A DNA stretch of 248,000 nucleotides from Hyalangium minutum (GCF_000737315.1 NZ_JMCB01000005.1:20001-268000); one strand, 5' to 3'. Positions 1 to 10,526 are shown, counted from the first letter of the stretch. Notes: a model not told the origin generated them from the sequence alone. Numbers and translations are program-made.

Positions 1-641
1 TCGGGGCGGCCGAAGATCTGCTCCAGCTCCTTCTCGTAGAGGGCTTGGATTTCCTGGAGGGCCTTCTGGTCCTCCTCGATGCGGGTGAGGAGCGCGGCCT
101 TCCACGCGGGCGACTGCGGGAGCGACTCGATGGCGGCGCGCAGGTCCGTGAGGGAGTCCTTGAAGGCGAGCTTGTCGCCGTCGCGCAGGTCGGGCGACTT
201 CTCCAGCCACTCGAGGAAGGCGGAGATGCCGGCCGGCGCGGCTGTGCTGCTGGCGGTGGCGGTGAGTTCCTCGCCGAACTGCTCGCCGAGCTCATCAAGG
301 GCGTGCCGGTTCTGCTCGAAGATCATCCGGCCGACGACGGTGATGCGCTCACGGGCATCGTCATCGAGCGAGGCCTGATCCGAGGCCAGGACGATGTTCT
401 TCCGGTAGCGGGTGACGATCTCGCTCAGCTCCTGGGCGCGGGAGGCCGGAACGGCGGGCGCCGAAGCCGCGGCAGATGGGGTGCTAGGGCTCGGCGAGGA
501 GGGCGCGGTAGCGGCAGGAGCCGGGGGCGTCGCGGGAGGATTGGATGCCTTGCCCTTGCAAGAGGTGAGGAGGCCAACGGCGGCGAGCGTGATCAGGCTC
601 GTCGCGAGGCGCGAGAATCGAGCCGAGCGGGAAGTGTGCAT
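1..641 (-). CDS. putative lipoprotein, partial (runs off left edge)
   Basis: Minus-strand frame MHTSRSARFSRLATSLITLAAVGLLTSCKG with lipobox-like LTSC and Pro/Ala linker. Confidence 0.55.
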   Translation of the reverse strand, partial: MHTSRSARFSRLATSLITLAAVGLLTSCKGKASNPPATPPAPAATAPSSPSPSTPSAAASAPAVPASRAQELSEIVTRYRKNIVLASDQASLDDDARERITVVGRMIFEQNRHALDELGEQFGEELTATASSTAAPAGISAFLEWLEKSPDLRDGDKLAFKDSLTDLRAAIESLPQSPAWKAALLTRIEEDQKALQEIQALYEKELEQIFGRP

Positions 642-770
642 GTGAACTGAGGGACTCCGCCGCGAAGAATGCCGGGCCGAGCGTGGGGTGCCAAGTCGCA
701 TCAAGTAGGACTATGACGCACAGTGAAGCGCCCGCATCCTTATATAGGAGCGAGCAGGCTCCACGCGGGG

Positions 771-1394
771 TCAGGGCGACCGGAGCGGGGGCCAGAGGTC
801 ACCGAGCTTCAGCTCGATGGCATCGAAGGGCTCGGCGCGGATGACGTCGTCCTCGCCGTAGACGCCCAGTTCCAGCCAGCGCCCGCTGCTCAGCTTGCTG
901 ACAGAGAGCGTCCGCGCCTCGATGTCGATGAACCAGAGGTGGCCCACGTCGATGCGTGCGTAGAAGGGGCGCTTGATGCGCTGATCATAGGCACGCGTCG
1001 TGGGCGAAAGGATCTCGCAGGCCCAGTCTGGAGCAACGGTCCAGCGCTCAGGCCACTCCGGCACACGTTCACGGCGCCAGCCGGCGAGGTCTGGGATGAA
1101 CTCGGGAGAGCCTTCGAGTTGGATGCCGGGTTCCGTTTCGATCCACCAGCCGCCCGGGCCACCGCGACCTACCTGGAAGGGACCGTCGAGCCCACCGAAG
1201 AGCCTGCCTTCGACGATGCCGTGACCCGCGCGTGGACGGGCATGGGTATAGAGCGTCCCCTCGATGATCTCTCCCACGAGGTTCTCTGGGAGAGCTTCGA
1301 GGTCGGCGAGGGTCGGGGGACCCTTGAGCTGTCGTGCGCCGTAACCCATGGGATAAGTCTGGAGATAACGCGGGCCGCTGGCAAGCAAGCCCAC
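771..1394 (-). CDS. Uma2/DUF820 family PD-(D/E)XK endonuclease
   Basis: EIIEG..., PDLAGW, APDWACEILSPTT motifs. Confidence 0.85.
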   Translation of the reverse strand: MGLLASGPRYLQTYPMGYGARQLKGPPTLADLEALPENLVGEIIEGTLYTHARPRAGHGIVEGRLFGGLDGPFQVGRGGPGGWWIETEPGIQLEGSPEFIPDLAGWRRERVPEWPERWTVAPDWACEILSPTTRAYDQRIKRPFYARIDVGHLWFIDIEARTLSVSKLSSGRWLELGVYGEDDVIRAEPFDAIELKLGDLWPPLRSP

Positions 1395-1415
1395 GGTGGG
1401 CTGCTCATTCCCTGG

Positions 1416-2153
1416 CTACAGCTTCAGCTTCTTGAAGATGCCCTCAGGGATGGAGCGGATGATGAACATGATGAGGGCCCACTTGGCGGGGACGTAGACC
1501 TCGTTCTTGCGTTTATCGGCCGCACGCAGAATCCCTCGGGCGACTTGCTCCGGCGAGGCAAAGAGCTTGTTCTTCGGGATGTGCGCCGTCATGGGCGTGT
1601 CCACGAAGCCGGGCTTCACCGTCACCACGGCGACACCCGAGCGCGACAGCCGGTTGCGCAGCCCCTGGAGGAACACGTTCAGCGCGCCCTTCGAGGCGCC
1701 ATACACGTAGTTGCTCTGCCGGCCCCGGTCTCCCGCCACCGAGGAGATGACTACCAGCGTGCCGGCCTTTTGCGCCTCGAAGCGGTTGGCGAGCACCGTC
1801 AGCAGGGAGGCCGCGCTCAGGAAGTTGGTGCGCAGCACCTTCTCCGTCTCTGCCCAGGAGCGCTCGCAGGTCTTCTGGTCTCCGAGCACGCCGTGCGCAA
1901 TCAGCGCTCCATCCAATCCGCCGAGTGCCTGAGCCGCACGTTCCACCAGTGCCTCGTGCGCGGAGAAGTCGTCGAGATCCAGCGCCTGCTGCTCCACCTT
2001 GGCGGCCCCGCGAGTGGCTGCGTCCCTCGCGACCGCATCGAGGTTCGTGGCGTTGCGGCCCACCAGATACAGCGCGGCCCCACGCGCGGCGAGCAGCCGC
2101 ACCGTGGCCTGTGCGATGGCGCTCGTGGCACCGAGGACAAGGACCTTCTTCAT
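1416..2153 (-). CDS. SDR oxidoreductase, DprE2-like
   Basis: LGATSAIA, YGASK motifs; overlaps DprE1-like gene. Confidence 0.85.
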   Translation of the reverse strand: MKKVLVLGATSAIAQATVRLLAARGAALYLVGRNATNLDAVARDAATRGAAKVEQQALDLDDFSAHEALVERAAQALGGLDGALIAHGVLGDQKTCERSWAETEKVLRTNFLSAASLLTVLANRFEAQKAGTLVVISSVAGDRGRQSNYVYGASKGALNVFLQGLRNRLSRSGVAVVTVKPGFVDTPMTAHIPKNKLFASPEQVARGILRAADKRKNEVYVPAKWALIMFIIRSIPEGIFKKLKL

Positions 2154-3505
2154 GGTGAGCGGACCATAGCTTGTGCTTGCGACGAATCGAGCACCCGGCG
2201 CCAGAAGGAAGACGAGAACGCGGGGTCCACGTACGGCTTGAATCGCTCGAGCTGCGGGAAGTATGCCGCGAAGTTCTCAGCGCTCATCCGTGCATCCTTC
2301 GCCGGGTACACCGCACCGCCTGCTTGCCGCGTGACGTGATCCAACTCCGCCACCAGCTTCCAGGTGCGCTCGCCCCGGTTCGCGAAGTCCAGCGCCAGCG
2401 TCACTCCCGGCCGAGGGAAGGACAGCCACCCCGGCGACGCCACGCTCCCAAACGTCTTCAGCACGTTCAGGAAGCTCGGCACCTCGCGTGCGCTGCGCTC
2501 CAAAATCTCCCGCAGCGCATCCCGAGCCGTCGCATGCGGCACCACGCACTGGAACTGCAAGAACCCCCGCCGTCCGTAGATGCGGTTCCACCGATGCACG
2601 GCATCCAGTGGATAGAAGAACGGATCGTAGTGCTGCAGCTTGGGGCCCCGGTTGATCAGGTTCACCCGGTAGTAGAGCCAGTTGAACGCCGCCACCGACA
2701 GCCAGTTCAGGCTGAAGCCCGGAAAATCGATCGGCACCACCAGCCCCGAGCCGCTGTTCAAGTGGCTCTTCTTCAGCGGCAGCCCCTCCAGCTGCGGCGG
2801 CGCGAAGTTCCCCCGGTAATACAGCCCGCGTCCCAGCCTCCGGCCCTTCGCCAGCCCATCCAGCCACGCGACCGTGAACTCGTAGTCCGGCTCGGACTCC
2901 CGTGACACTTCGAAGAACGCGTCCAGGTTCTCCAGCGGCACGGTCTCCGTCAGCACGAACGGGTTGTGAATGGGCCGCAGCTGCACCTCGGCCCACAGGA
3001 TGAGCCCCGTCAGTCCCAGGCCCGCGATGGTGGCCTCGTACCAGTCACGGTTCTCCTCGGGAGAGCACACCCGCCGGCTGCCATCCGAGCGCAGCAGCTC
3101 GAACCGCTTCACATACCGTCCGAACGTTCCGGCCCGGTGGTGGTTCTTGCCGTGCACATCGTTTGCGATCGCCCCACCCACCGTGACGAACTTCGTCCCC
3201 GGCGTGACCGGCAGGAACCAGCCCCGAGGCACTGCCAGCCGGAGAAGGGTCTCCAGCGTGACGCCCGCCTCGCACCGCACCACGCCCGTGGCCGCATCGA
3301 AGTCCAGCAGCCGGTCCAGCGCCGCCGTGGTGAGCAGCGTGCCGCCCTCGTTCAGGCACGAGTCCCCATAGCTCCGCCCCATCCCGTACGGCAGCAGGGT
3401 GCCATCACCGGCCTCCGGGAGCCGGTCCGTCTGCCAGACGATGGGGTGCGCCGCCTGCTGCGTGGCAAGCGGGTAGCGCCCCCAAGATTGATGCCCGTTC
3501 GTCAT
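2150..3505 (-). CDS. FAD-binding oxidoreductase, DprE1-like
   Basis: GMGRSYGD, PGTKFVTVGGAIANDVHGKNHH, YPAKD motifs. Confidence 0.85.
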   Translation of the reverse strand: MTNGHQSWGRYPLATQQAAHPIVWQTDRLPEAGDGTLLPYGMGRSYGDSCLNEGGTLLTTAALDRLLDFDAATGVVRCEAGVTLETLLRLAVPRGWFLPVTPGTKFVTVGGAIANDVHGKNHHRAGTFGRYVKRFELLRSDGSRRVCSPEENRDWYEATIAGLGLTGLILWAEVQLRPIHNPFVLTETVPLENLDAFFEVSRESEPDYEFTVAWLDGLAKGRRLGRGLYYRGNFAPPQLEGLPLKKSHLNSGSGLVVPIDFPGFSLNWLSVAAFNWLYYRVNLINRGPKLQHYDPFFYPLDAVHRWNRIYGRRGFLQFQCVVPHATARDALREILERSAREVPSFLNVLKTFGSVASPGWLSFPRPGVTLALDFANRGERTWKLVAELDHVTRQAGGAVYPAKDARMSAENFAAYFPQLERFKPYVDPAFSSSFWRRVLDSSQAQAMVRSP

Positions 3506-3515
3506 CCTGGCCTGC

Positions 3516-4964
3516 TCACGTGGCCACCAGCAGCACGAGCGCCGCCACCAGCCCCACCGCGTAGCTCACCTTATCTCGCAGCGCAAAGACCAGCGGATCC
3601 TCGTTCACCAGTCCCCGGTGCGCCAGCAGCCACACCCGGCTCACCCAGTACAGCATCACCGGGCACAGCATCCACAGCCGCTCGGGGTTGCTGTAGAGGA
3701 CCGTCACCTCCTTGCTGGTGATGTAGAACGCCAGCACCAGCACCGAGATGTACCCGGCCGCCACACCCAGGCTCGCCAGCTGCTCGTAGTCGCTCGCCAG
3801 GTAGCCTCGGCCCGGCGTCGCCTCCTCGTTGGCCAGCCGCAGCCGCCGGACCTCGGACAGCCGCTTCACCAGCGCCAGCGACAGGAACAGGAACATCGAG
3901 AAGGTGAACAGCCAGCTCGACGTCGGCACCCCCGTCGCAAGCGAGCCGCCGAAGATGCGCACCGTGTACAGGCCCGCCAGCACCAGCACATCCAGCACCA
4001 TCACCTGCTTGAGGTGCAGCGAGTACGCGAACGTCGCCAGATAGTACGTGGCCAGCAGCCCCACGAAGGGCAGCGGCAGCAGCAGCGCCGCCACCGTGAA
4101 GCCCGCCACCAACAGCACCGGCGCCAGCACCGCTCCCACCCTCACCGGCAAGTCACCCGAGGCGAACGGGCGCTTGCGCTTGGTCGGGTGCTGCCGGTCC
4201 GAGTCCAAGTCGAGCAAGTCATTGAGGATGTACACGCTGGATGCGCACAGGCTGAACGCCACGAAGGCCAGCGCCGCCTGCATCAGCAGCTCGAACTGCT
4301 GGGCCTTGTGCGCCAGCAGCGCCGGGACGAAGACCAGGATGTTCTTGGCCCACTGGTGCACGCGCAGCGCCTTCACCCACGTGCGCACGCTCGTGCGAGG
4401 CGCCTCGAAGACGCGCACCTCGCCCCGGCCCAGCGCACGCACCTTGCGCTCCAGCCCGGACGAGCCGTGCACCACCACCGCCCGCCGTGCCTCGCGCCAC
4501 AGCGCCAGGTCCACCTCGCCATCGCCCGCGTAGTCGAACTCGGGGTGCGCCTGCTTCAGCCGCGCCAGCTTCCTCGCGCCCGAGAGGTTCACCGTGCCGT
4601 CGCTGGCGTACACCTCGGAGAACAACTCCAGGTGCGCCGCCACCGCGTCCGCAATGGTCTGATCCGCCGCCGTCGCCAGCACCAGCCGCCGGCCCCGCGC
4701 CTTCTCCTCCCGAAGGTAGGCCAGCAGTGGCTCGCTGTAGGGCAGGCGCGCGGCATCCAGCTTCACCCGTCGTCCCACCTCCGCCTTGAAGGCCGCCTTG
4801 CCCTTGAGCATCCACAGCGCCGCGAGCACCAGCAGCAGCGGGTTGCGCTTGAGCAGCACCAGCAGGCTCTCGTGCAGCGTGTCCGTGCGCACCAGTGTCC
4901 CGTCGAGATCGACGACGAGCGGCACGTCCGAGGCCGAGGTGGTGGCAGGTGAGGCGGAGGACAT
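3516..4964 (-). CDS. HAD-UbiA family polyprenyl-phosphate phosphoribosyltransferase
   Basis: N-terminal DLDGTL (HAD), HQWAKN and NDLLDLDSDRQHPTKRKRP UbiA motifs, many TM helices. Confidence 0.85.
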   Translation of the reverse strand: MSSASPATTSASDVPLVVDLDGTLVRTDTLHESLLVLLKRNPLLLVLAALWMLKGKAAFKAEVGRRVKLDAARLPYSEPLLAYLREEKARGRRLVLATAADQTIADAVAAHLELFSEVYASDGTVNLSGARKLARLKQAHPEFDYAGDGEVDLALWREARRAVVVHGSSGLERKVRALGRGEVRVFEAPRTSVRTWVKALRVHQWAKNILVFVPALLAHKAQQFELLMQAALAFVAFSLCASSVYILNDLLDLDSDRQHPTKRKRPFASGDLPVRVGAVLAPVLLVAGFTVAALLLPLPFVGLLATYYLATFAYSLHLKQVMVLDVLVLAGLYTVRIFGGSLATGVPTSSWLFTFSMFLFLSLALVKRLSEVRRLRLANEEATPGRGYLASDYEQLASLGVAAGYISVLVLAFYITSKEVTVLYSNPERLWMLCPVMLYWVSRVWLLAHRGLVNEDPLVFALRDKVSYAVGLVAALVLLVAT

Positions 4965-5061
4965 CACGGAGCCCCGTAGGGTAGCGCGGGCCCGCCACAG
5001 GCTCCATTTCCACGTGACGGCTGCTGGCCCGGACCCGGAGGGAGGGAGGGATCGGGCGCGC

Positions 5062-6102
5062 TCATTCCGGCTGGGCGAGGATGAGCGTCTGCAGCGGTAG
5101 CCGCCGGATGGGCTGCGTCTTGGTGATCTTGAAGCCCGCGTCGTCCAGGAAGCCCTCCACCTCGGCAGGCGTGTACGCCGCCGCCTTCGAGGTGAGGAAG
5201 TAGTGCAGGCCAATGAGGGCCGAGGCGCTCGGCTCGGCCTCCACCTCCTCGCGCAGGTACTCCAGGACAGCGAGCGTGCCCTTGGGCCCCAGCGCGGTGC
5301 GCACCCGGCGCAGCAGCGCCACGTTCTGCGCGGGCGACAGGTGGTGCACCACCTGAAACAGGAGCGCCGCATCGTACGGGCCGCCCAGCTCCGCCGTGAG
5401 GATGTCGCCCTCACGGTGCGTCACCACGTGCGACAGGCCCGCCGCCGCGATGATCTCCCGCCCCACGCGTGCACTGCCCTCCAGGTCCACCACCGTGGCC
5501 TTCAGCCCGCGGTGCTTCTGGCACAGCTCCGCCGAGAACCAGCCATGCGCCCCGCCCAGGTCCAGCAGGTGCTTGGCGCCTCGGGGCAGCGGAATGGCCG
5601 AGGCCACCTCCGGCGCCGCCAGCCGCGCCAGCTGGTGCATGGCGTGGATGTAGTCCTTCCACCGCGGGTCATCCGGCGCGAAGTCGTGGATGTCCACCGG
5701 CTTGCCGGTGCGCACTGTCTCCTCCAACTCGCTCCACCACGACCACTGGGCGTAGTTGAACTCGATGAAGCCGCCGATGTACTGCGGCGAGCGCGGATCC
5801 AGCCAGCGCCGCGCCCGCTCATCCAGCAGGTAGCGGTCGCGCTTGCGCTTCACCACCTCGCAGGACACCAGGCCCTCGAGCAGTGCGCGCGTCCCCTCGG
5901 GCGAGAGCTTCAGCCGCTCGGCCAGGGCCTCCGCGGTGGCCGGGCCCTCCGCCAGCGCCGCGTACACCCCCAGCCTCACGCCCGCCATCATCGTCCGGGA
6001 GCTCATCATCCCGAAGAAGACGTGGGCGATGGGCATGGGCGCCAGGTTGAACCAGTTCGCCACCCGCTCCAACAGGTTGTCCGCCCTGAAGCCGAGCCGC
6101 AC
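5062..6102 (-). CDS. SAM-dependent O-methyltransferase with dimerisation domain
   Basis: LDLGGAHG motif I; wHTH-like N-terminus. Confidence 0.8.
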   Translation of the reverse strand: MRLGFRADNLLERVANWFNLAPMPIAHVFFGMMSSRTMMAGVRLGVYAALAEGPATAEALAERLKLSPEGTRALLEGLVSCEVVKRKRDRYLLDERARRWLDPRSPQYIGGFIEFNYAQWSWWSELEETVRTGKPVDIHDFAPDDPRWKDYIHAMHQLARLAAPEVASAIPLPRGAKHLLDLGGAHGWFSAELCQKHRGLKATVVDLEGSARVGREIIAAAGLSHVVTHREGDILTAELGGPYDAALLFQVVHHLSPAQNVALLRRVRTALGPKGTLAVLEYLREEVEAEPSASALIGLHYFLTSKAAAYTPAEVEGFLDDAGFKITKTQPIRRLPLQTLILAQPE

Positions 6103-6464
6103 TACGCCCTCCTCCGCAACGCCACCGCCAGCCCCACTCCCACCACCACCATCGCGGCCTCGGGGCCGCCCAGGCAGCCCACGCGCTCGGCCTCGCGAAT
6201 CCCGGTGTAGCGGCACTTGCCCTGGTTGCAATTGAAGCGCGGCGAGCAGTCGGAGCTGCTCCGGCAGTTCACCACCACGCGGCCCACGCCATCCTCACCT
6301 TCTGGGTTGTCCCGGTCCGGTCCACCCTCTCCCACCGAGGCGTCCGGCGCGGTGGAAGTCCCCCCATCCTCCCCACCTGTCTGGGCGTGTGCGGCCCAGG
6401 GCACACCCAGACACAGGGTGATCGCGGCGGTGAGCAGGCAGGTTCTTAGGGACAGGGGGGCCAT
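6102..6464 (-). CDS. small MYXO-CTERM protein
   Basis: Signal peptide, Cys-rich core, C-terminal GC + TM + RRRA. Confidence 0.7.
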   Translation of the reverse strand: MAPLSLRTCLLTAAITLCLGVPWAAHAQTGGEDGGTSTAPDASVGEGGPDRDNPEGEDGVGRVVVNCRSSSDCSPRFNCNQGKCRYTGIREAERVGCLGGPEAAMVVVGVGLAVALRRRA

Positions 6465-6567
6465 GGGGGTGTTCTGAACCTACCCTCCCACGCGCCCGGT
6501 TGCATCCTTTGGGAGTACAAACAGTTTCCTGATCCCGACCCGGGGTTTTGCTAGGTTACGCCCACCG

Positions 6568-7896
6568 ATGGCCCCCCGAATCCTCGTCGTCGACGACAAC
6601 CAGGAGCTCCTGTCTCTTCTCACGCAGCTCTTCGAGGATGCAGGCTATGAGGTGAGCGCGGCGAGCCGGGGCAAGCAGGCCACCGAGCTGGCCAAGGGCC
6701 AGGCGCTGTCCGCCGCGGTCATCGACGTGCTGCTGCCCGACATGATGGGCTACCACCTGGCGGACGCGCTCCGGAAGGAGCAGCCGCAGGTGCCGCTGCT
6801 CTTCATCACCGGTGTGTTCAAGGGTGGCAAGCACGCCATCGAGGCCCGGCAGAAGTACGCGGCCGCCGGCTACTTCGAGAAGCCCTTCGAGGCCCAGAAG
6901 CTCCTGGAGGCGGTGGCCAAGCTGGTGCCTCCGGAGAAGAAGGCCACGCCCCCAGCCCCCCGCCCGCAGGATGCGTTCGAGGTGGAGCTGGACATCGACG
7001 TGGAGGAGGAGGGGCCGCAGGACGCGATGGAGCTCACCGGCCGCATCAAGGTGACGGGCGGTGGCAACCTGTCGGCGGAGATTCGCGGCGCCAACCTGAC
7101 GGCCAGCCCCATGCAGAAGGGGCCGGTGACCGTGGTGCGGCATCCGCAGCCGGGCCGTCCGCCGGATCCGGTGCCCGCGGGCGCGGGCGGGCCGGGCATG
7201 CGCCGCGGCGAGCTGAAGGACAACCTGCCCTCGCTCATCACTGCCTTCTTCCTGTCGAAGGAGACCGGCGAGCTGGGCGTGCAGCGCGGCAAGGTGAAGA
7301 AGGTCGTCTACTTCGAGCACGGCACGCCGGTGTTCGCGCTGTCCAACCTGTTGTCGGACCGGTTCGGCCAGTTCCTCGTGCGCGTGGGGAAGATTCGCCC
7401 CGAGCAGCTCCAGGACGCGGCCACGGTGGCCACGCAGACGCAGCGCCGCACGGGAGACATCCTGGTGGAGCGCGGGCTGCTCAAGGACACTGAGCGGCTG
7501 TACTACGTGGGCCAGCAGGTGAAGGCGATCATCTACTCGCTCTTCTCGTGGGAGGACGGCACCTACGTGATGAGCTTCAAGGAGAAGGCGACCGCCGAGT
7601 CCATCAAGCTGGACCTGCACCCGGCGAACCTGATCGTCCGCGGGGTGAAGAAGCTCTACAAGCCGGAGCGCCTGCGCCGGCTGCTGCGGCCGGAGGATCG
7701 GCTCATCCCGGCGGTGGCGCCCTCGTACAATCTCAGCGAGGTGGAGCTGGAGCGGTGGGAGGCGGAGTTGCTGCCGCGCGTGGATGGGAACCGGACGGTG
7801 GCGGAGCTCCTGGCGTACGCCAACCGGCCCGAGCAGGTGGTCTACGGCTTCCTGGTGGCGATGCAGTCGCTGGGCGTGCTGGACCGGCGGCAGTAG
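6568..7896 (+). CDS. response regulator with DUF4388-like output domain
   Basis: ILVVDD...DVLLPDMMG...KPF receiver; FSWEDGTY segment. Confidence 0.8.
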   Translation: MAPRILVVDDNQELLSLLTQLFEDAGYEVSAASRGKQATELAKGQALSAAVIDVLLPDMMGYHLADALRKEQPQVPLLFITGVFKGGKHAIEARQKYAAAGYFEKPFEAQKLLEAVAKLVPPEKKATPPAPRPQDAFEVELDIDVEEEGPQDAMELTGRIKVTGGGNLSAEIRGANLTASPMQKGPVTVVRHPQPGRPPDPVPAGAGGPGMRRGELKDNLPSLITAFFLSKETGELGVQRGKVKKVVYFEHGTPVFALSNLLSDRFGQFLVRVGKIRPEQLQDAATVATQTQRRTGDILVERGLLKDTERLYYVGQQVKAIIYSLFSWEDGTYVMSFKEKATAESIKLDLHPANLIVRGVKKLYKPERLRRLLRPEDRLIPAVAPSYNLSEVELERWEAELLPRVDGNRTVAELLAYANRPEQVVYGFLVAMQSLGVLDRRQ

Positions 7897-7905
7897 GCGC
7901 GGCGG

Positions 7906-8547
7906 TTAGAGCCGCGAGCCGATCCAAAACATGCCGAGCGCGCCCGAGCCCACGGCGATGGCGCGGTGGACCCAGGTGGCCAGTCCCGCGCCCAGGCGGG
8001 ACATGCCCTCGGCGAAGATCAGACCCACGGCGCCCATGCCCAGGAGGATGCCCAGGGCGAAGCCGGGCAGGTAGCTCCACGCGCCCAGGCTCATGCTGCC
8101 GCCCATGAGGAGCGGGGGCAGCGCCAGCAGCAGCGAGCGCACGCCGCTGACGGCCATGAGGGCGCCCGCGGCGGTGCTGACCTTCTCGTGGACGTGGTGG
8201 TGGGGCTCCACGGTGTGGCCGGGCAGGTGCGGGTGTCCGTGGCGCAGGCTGTTGGGGAAGAGCAGGGCGGTGACGGCCAGGGCCACGAGCACGCCGCCAC
8301 CGAACACTTCGGCCCAGCGCTCGAAGGCCTCGGACAGGCCCACCCCGGCGAGCAGGCAGACAGCGGCCACCGTGCCCAGCACCGCCGCGTGGCCGAAAGC
8401 GAAGCGCAGCGCGGTGAGCAGGGCGGCGCGGCGCCGGCCGGTGCCCAGGGTGTTGAGCGTGGCCATGGCGGCGCAGTGGTCCGGCCCCACCGCGTGGAGC
8501 AGGCCCTGGCCGAGACCGACGGCGAATGCGAAGAAGACGGGAGACAC
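7906..8547 (-). CDS. membrane protein, NiCoT/UreH-like
   Basis: HAVGPDH motif, His-rich loop, multiple TM segments. Confidence 0.6.
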   Translation of the reverse strand: MSPVFFAFAVGLGQGLLHAVGPDHCAAMATLNTLGTGRRRAALLTALRFAFGHAAVLGTVAAVCLLAGVGLSEAFERWAEVFGGGVLVALAVTALLFPNSLRHGHPHLPGHTVEPHHHVHEKVSTAAGALMAVSGVRSLLLALPPLLMGGSMSLGAWSYLPGFALGILLGMGAVGLIFAEGMSRLGAGLATWVHRAIAVGSGALGMFWIGSRL

Positions 8548-8598
8548 TGCGGCGCACCCTAGCCGCGCGGTGCACGTATGGCCAGCATAGGAGTCACC

Positions 8599-9093
8599 AT
8601 GGTTTTCACTTTGATGCATCGACGGCTGGCTGCGGGGGTGTGGGTGCTGAGTTTGTGTTTGTTGCCGGGCTGTGACGAGGGCCCGAAGCAGCTCACCCAG
8701 GCCGAGGCCCAGTACGCGGACCTCGTCGGGCGCGGGGTGGCACCGAAGGATCCGGCCTGGGACTCGGTGATTGCCGCCTTCGAGGCCATCCCGAAGGACT
8801 CGAAGGCCCGGCCCGAGGCGGAGCGGCGGCTGGAAGCCTTGCGGACGCTGCGAGGCAAGCTGCCGCCCCGGCCGCTGGCCACGCCGGGTGCGACGGGGCC
8901 GGGAGCGGACGCGGTGGAGGCGCAGCGCGCGGAGTGCGAGAGGCTCGCGAAGGAGCTGGGCACGGCCTCGGAGGCGCAGCGCGAACAGGTGCGACAGGCG
9001 CTCACGGCCTGCCGGGAGAAGCTGGTGCGGCTGGAGGCCTCGGCGCACCCACCGGGCGAGGGCGGAGGAGCGGAGCCGGAGGGAGCGCACTGA
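8599..9093 (+). CDS. hypothetical lipoprotein
   Basis: AGGAG RBS; LLPGC lipobox. Confidence 0.55.
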   Translation: MVFTLMHRRLAAGVWVLSLCLLPGCDEGPKQLTQAEAQYADLVGRGVAPKDPAWDSVIAAFEAIPKDSKARPEAERRLEALRTLRGKLPPRPLATPGATGPGADAVEAQRAECERLAKELGTASEAQREQVRQALTACREKLVRLEASAHPPGEGGGAEPEGAH

Positions 9094-9170
9094 CGCCGGG
9101 GTGGGCGCGCCACAGGTGACCTGTGAAGTAGTGCTTGCCTCAGCCGAGCGAGGGAGCTAGCACAAGGGCC

Positions 9171-9734
9171 ATGCCCTTCCCCTCAGTTGGCAGCAAGGCC
9201 CCCGACTTCAAGCTCGCTGATCAGACCGGCAAGACCGTGTCCCTCGCGCAGTTCGCGGGAAAGAACGTCGTCCTCTACTTCTACCCGAAGGACGACACCC
9301 CCGGCTGCACGGTGGAGGCCTGCAACTTCCGCGACGAGCACTCGGCGCTGGAGAAGGCGGGCGCGGTGGTGCTGGGCGTGTCGCCGGACACCACGAAGAG
9401 CCACGAGAAGTTCGCCAACAAGTTCAACCTGCCGTTCCCGCTGCTGGCGGACATCGAGCACAAGGTGGCGGACGCGTACGGCGCGTGGGGCGAGAAGGTG
9501 AACTACGGCCGCACGTACATGGGCATCATCCGCTCCACGGTGCTCATCGACGGCGAGGGCAAGGTGAAGCACGTGTGGCCGAAGGTGAAGGTGAACGGCC
9601 ACGTGAACGAGGTGCTCTCGATGCTGACCGGAGGCACCGCCGAGGCCCCGGCCGCGGCGAAGAAGGCGCCCGCCAAGAAGGCCGCCGCGAAGAAGGCTCC
9701 CGCCGCGAAGAAGGCCGCTCCGCGCAGCCGCTGA
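9171..9734 (+). CDS. bcp: thioredoxin-dependent peroxiredoxin
   Basis: YFYPKDDTPGCTVEAC; Lys/Ala-rich tail. Confidence 0.9.
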   Translation: MPFPSVGSKAPDFKLADQTGKTVSLAQFAGKNVVLYFYPKDDTPGCTVEACNFRDEHSALEKAGAVVLGVSPDTTKSHEKFANKFNLPFPLLADIEHKVADAYGAWGEKVNYGRTYMGIIRSTVLIDGEGKVKHVWPKVKVNGHVNEVLSMLTGGTAEAPAAAKKAPAKKAAAKKAPAAKKAAPRSR

Positions 9735-9746
9735 GTTCGACTCAGG

Positions 9747-10526
9747 TCAGGGAGTGATGAAGAGCGCCGGGAAGAACACCCAGAGGTGCCAGAACGAGAT
9801 GCGCATGAGGAGCAGCACCCCCAGGTGAAAGCTGATGGCCATCACGGCCAGCCACGGGTGCATCGCCGGCCAGAGAACCAGGGCCGGAGCGCCCAACTCG
9901 AACGCCCCTGACGCCAGTCCCATGGCGCGCCTCGCCGCGGGAACGGCCACGACGCGGCGCCCCAGCGCCGTGCCTCGGAAGAGGGTGGACGCCAGCAGGG
10001 TGCGTCCCTGGGTAAACCACTCGAGGCCCCCCACGCGCAGCTTCGAGATGCCGGCGAGCAGGTACACCAGCCCCACCTGGAACTGCATCGCGGTGAGCAT
10101 GAACGACGCCAGCCGCTCGGCCTGCGCGGGAGGCGCGAGGAGCGGCGCGGCTCGAGCGATACAGTAGCCGAGCAGAAACAGGTGCACGTGGAAGACGTTG
10201 TTCCACAGCCGGGGCGACAGGCTCGCCAGGTAGCGATCGAGCAGCCCGAACGCCAGGAGCAGCGCCACGGCGGTTCCAAGCCCTCCAAGCCCCACGGCCA
10301 CGAGCAGGGCGAGGAGTGACACCCCCGTGCGGAGCAGCGGCTGGAGCCGCCCCAGCGGAGGCAGCCACGAGCCGGGGCTGTAGAGCGTGGCCTCGTTCTC
10401 CGTGTAGAAGCGCCCATAGGGGGGCATGCGCGAGAGGACGAAGATGGTTCCCCCCAGCGTCATCCGCACCCACTCCAGCCGGTGCATCGCGTCCGGCTGA
10501 GAGAAGGCGAGCTCCCAAAGCATCAT
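9747..10526 (-). CDS. HTTM-domain (SdpB/VKGC-like) membrane protein
   Basis: VYLLAGISKL...W, FHLGVLLLM motifs. Confidence 0.65.
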   Translation of the reverse strand: MMLWELAFSQPDAMHRLEWVRMTLGGTIFVLSRMPPYGRFYTENEATLYSPGSWLPPLGRLQPLLRTGVSLLALLVAVGLGGLGTAVALLLAFGLLDRYLASLSPRLWNNVFHVHLFLLGYCIARAAPLLAPPAQAERLASFMLTAMQFQVGLVYLLAGISKLRVGGLEWFTQGRTLLASTLFRGTALGRRVVAVPAARRAMGLASGAFELGAPALVLWPAMHPWLAVMAISFHLGVLLLMRISFWHLWVFFPALFITP

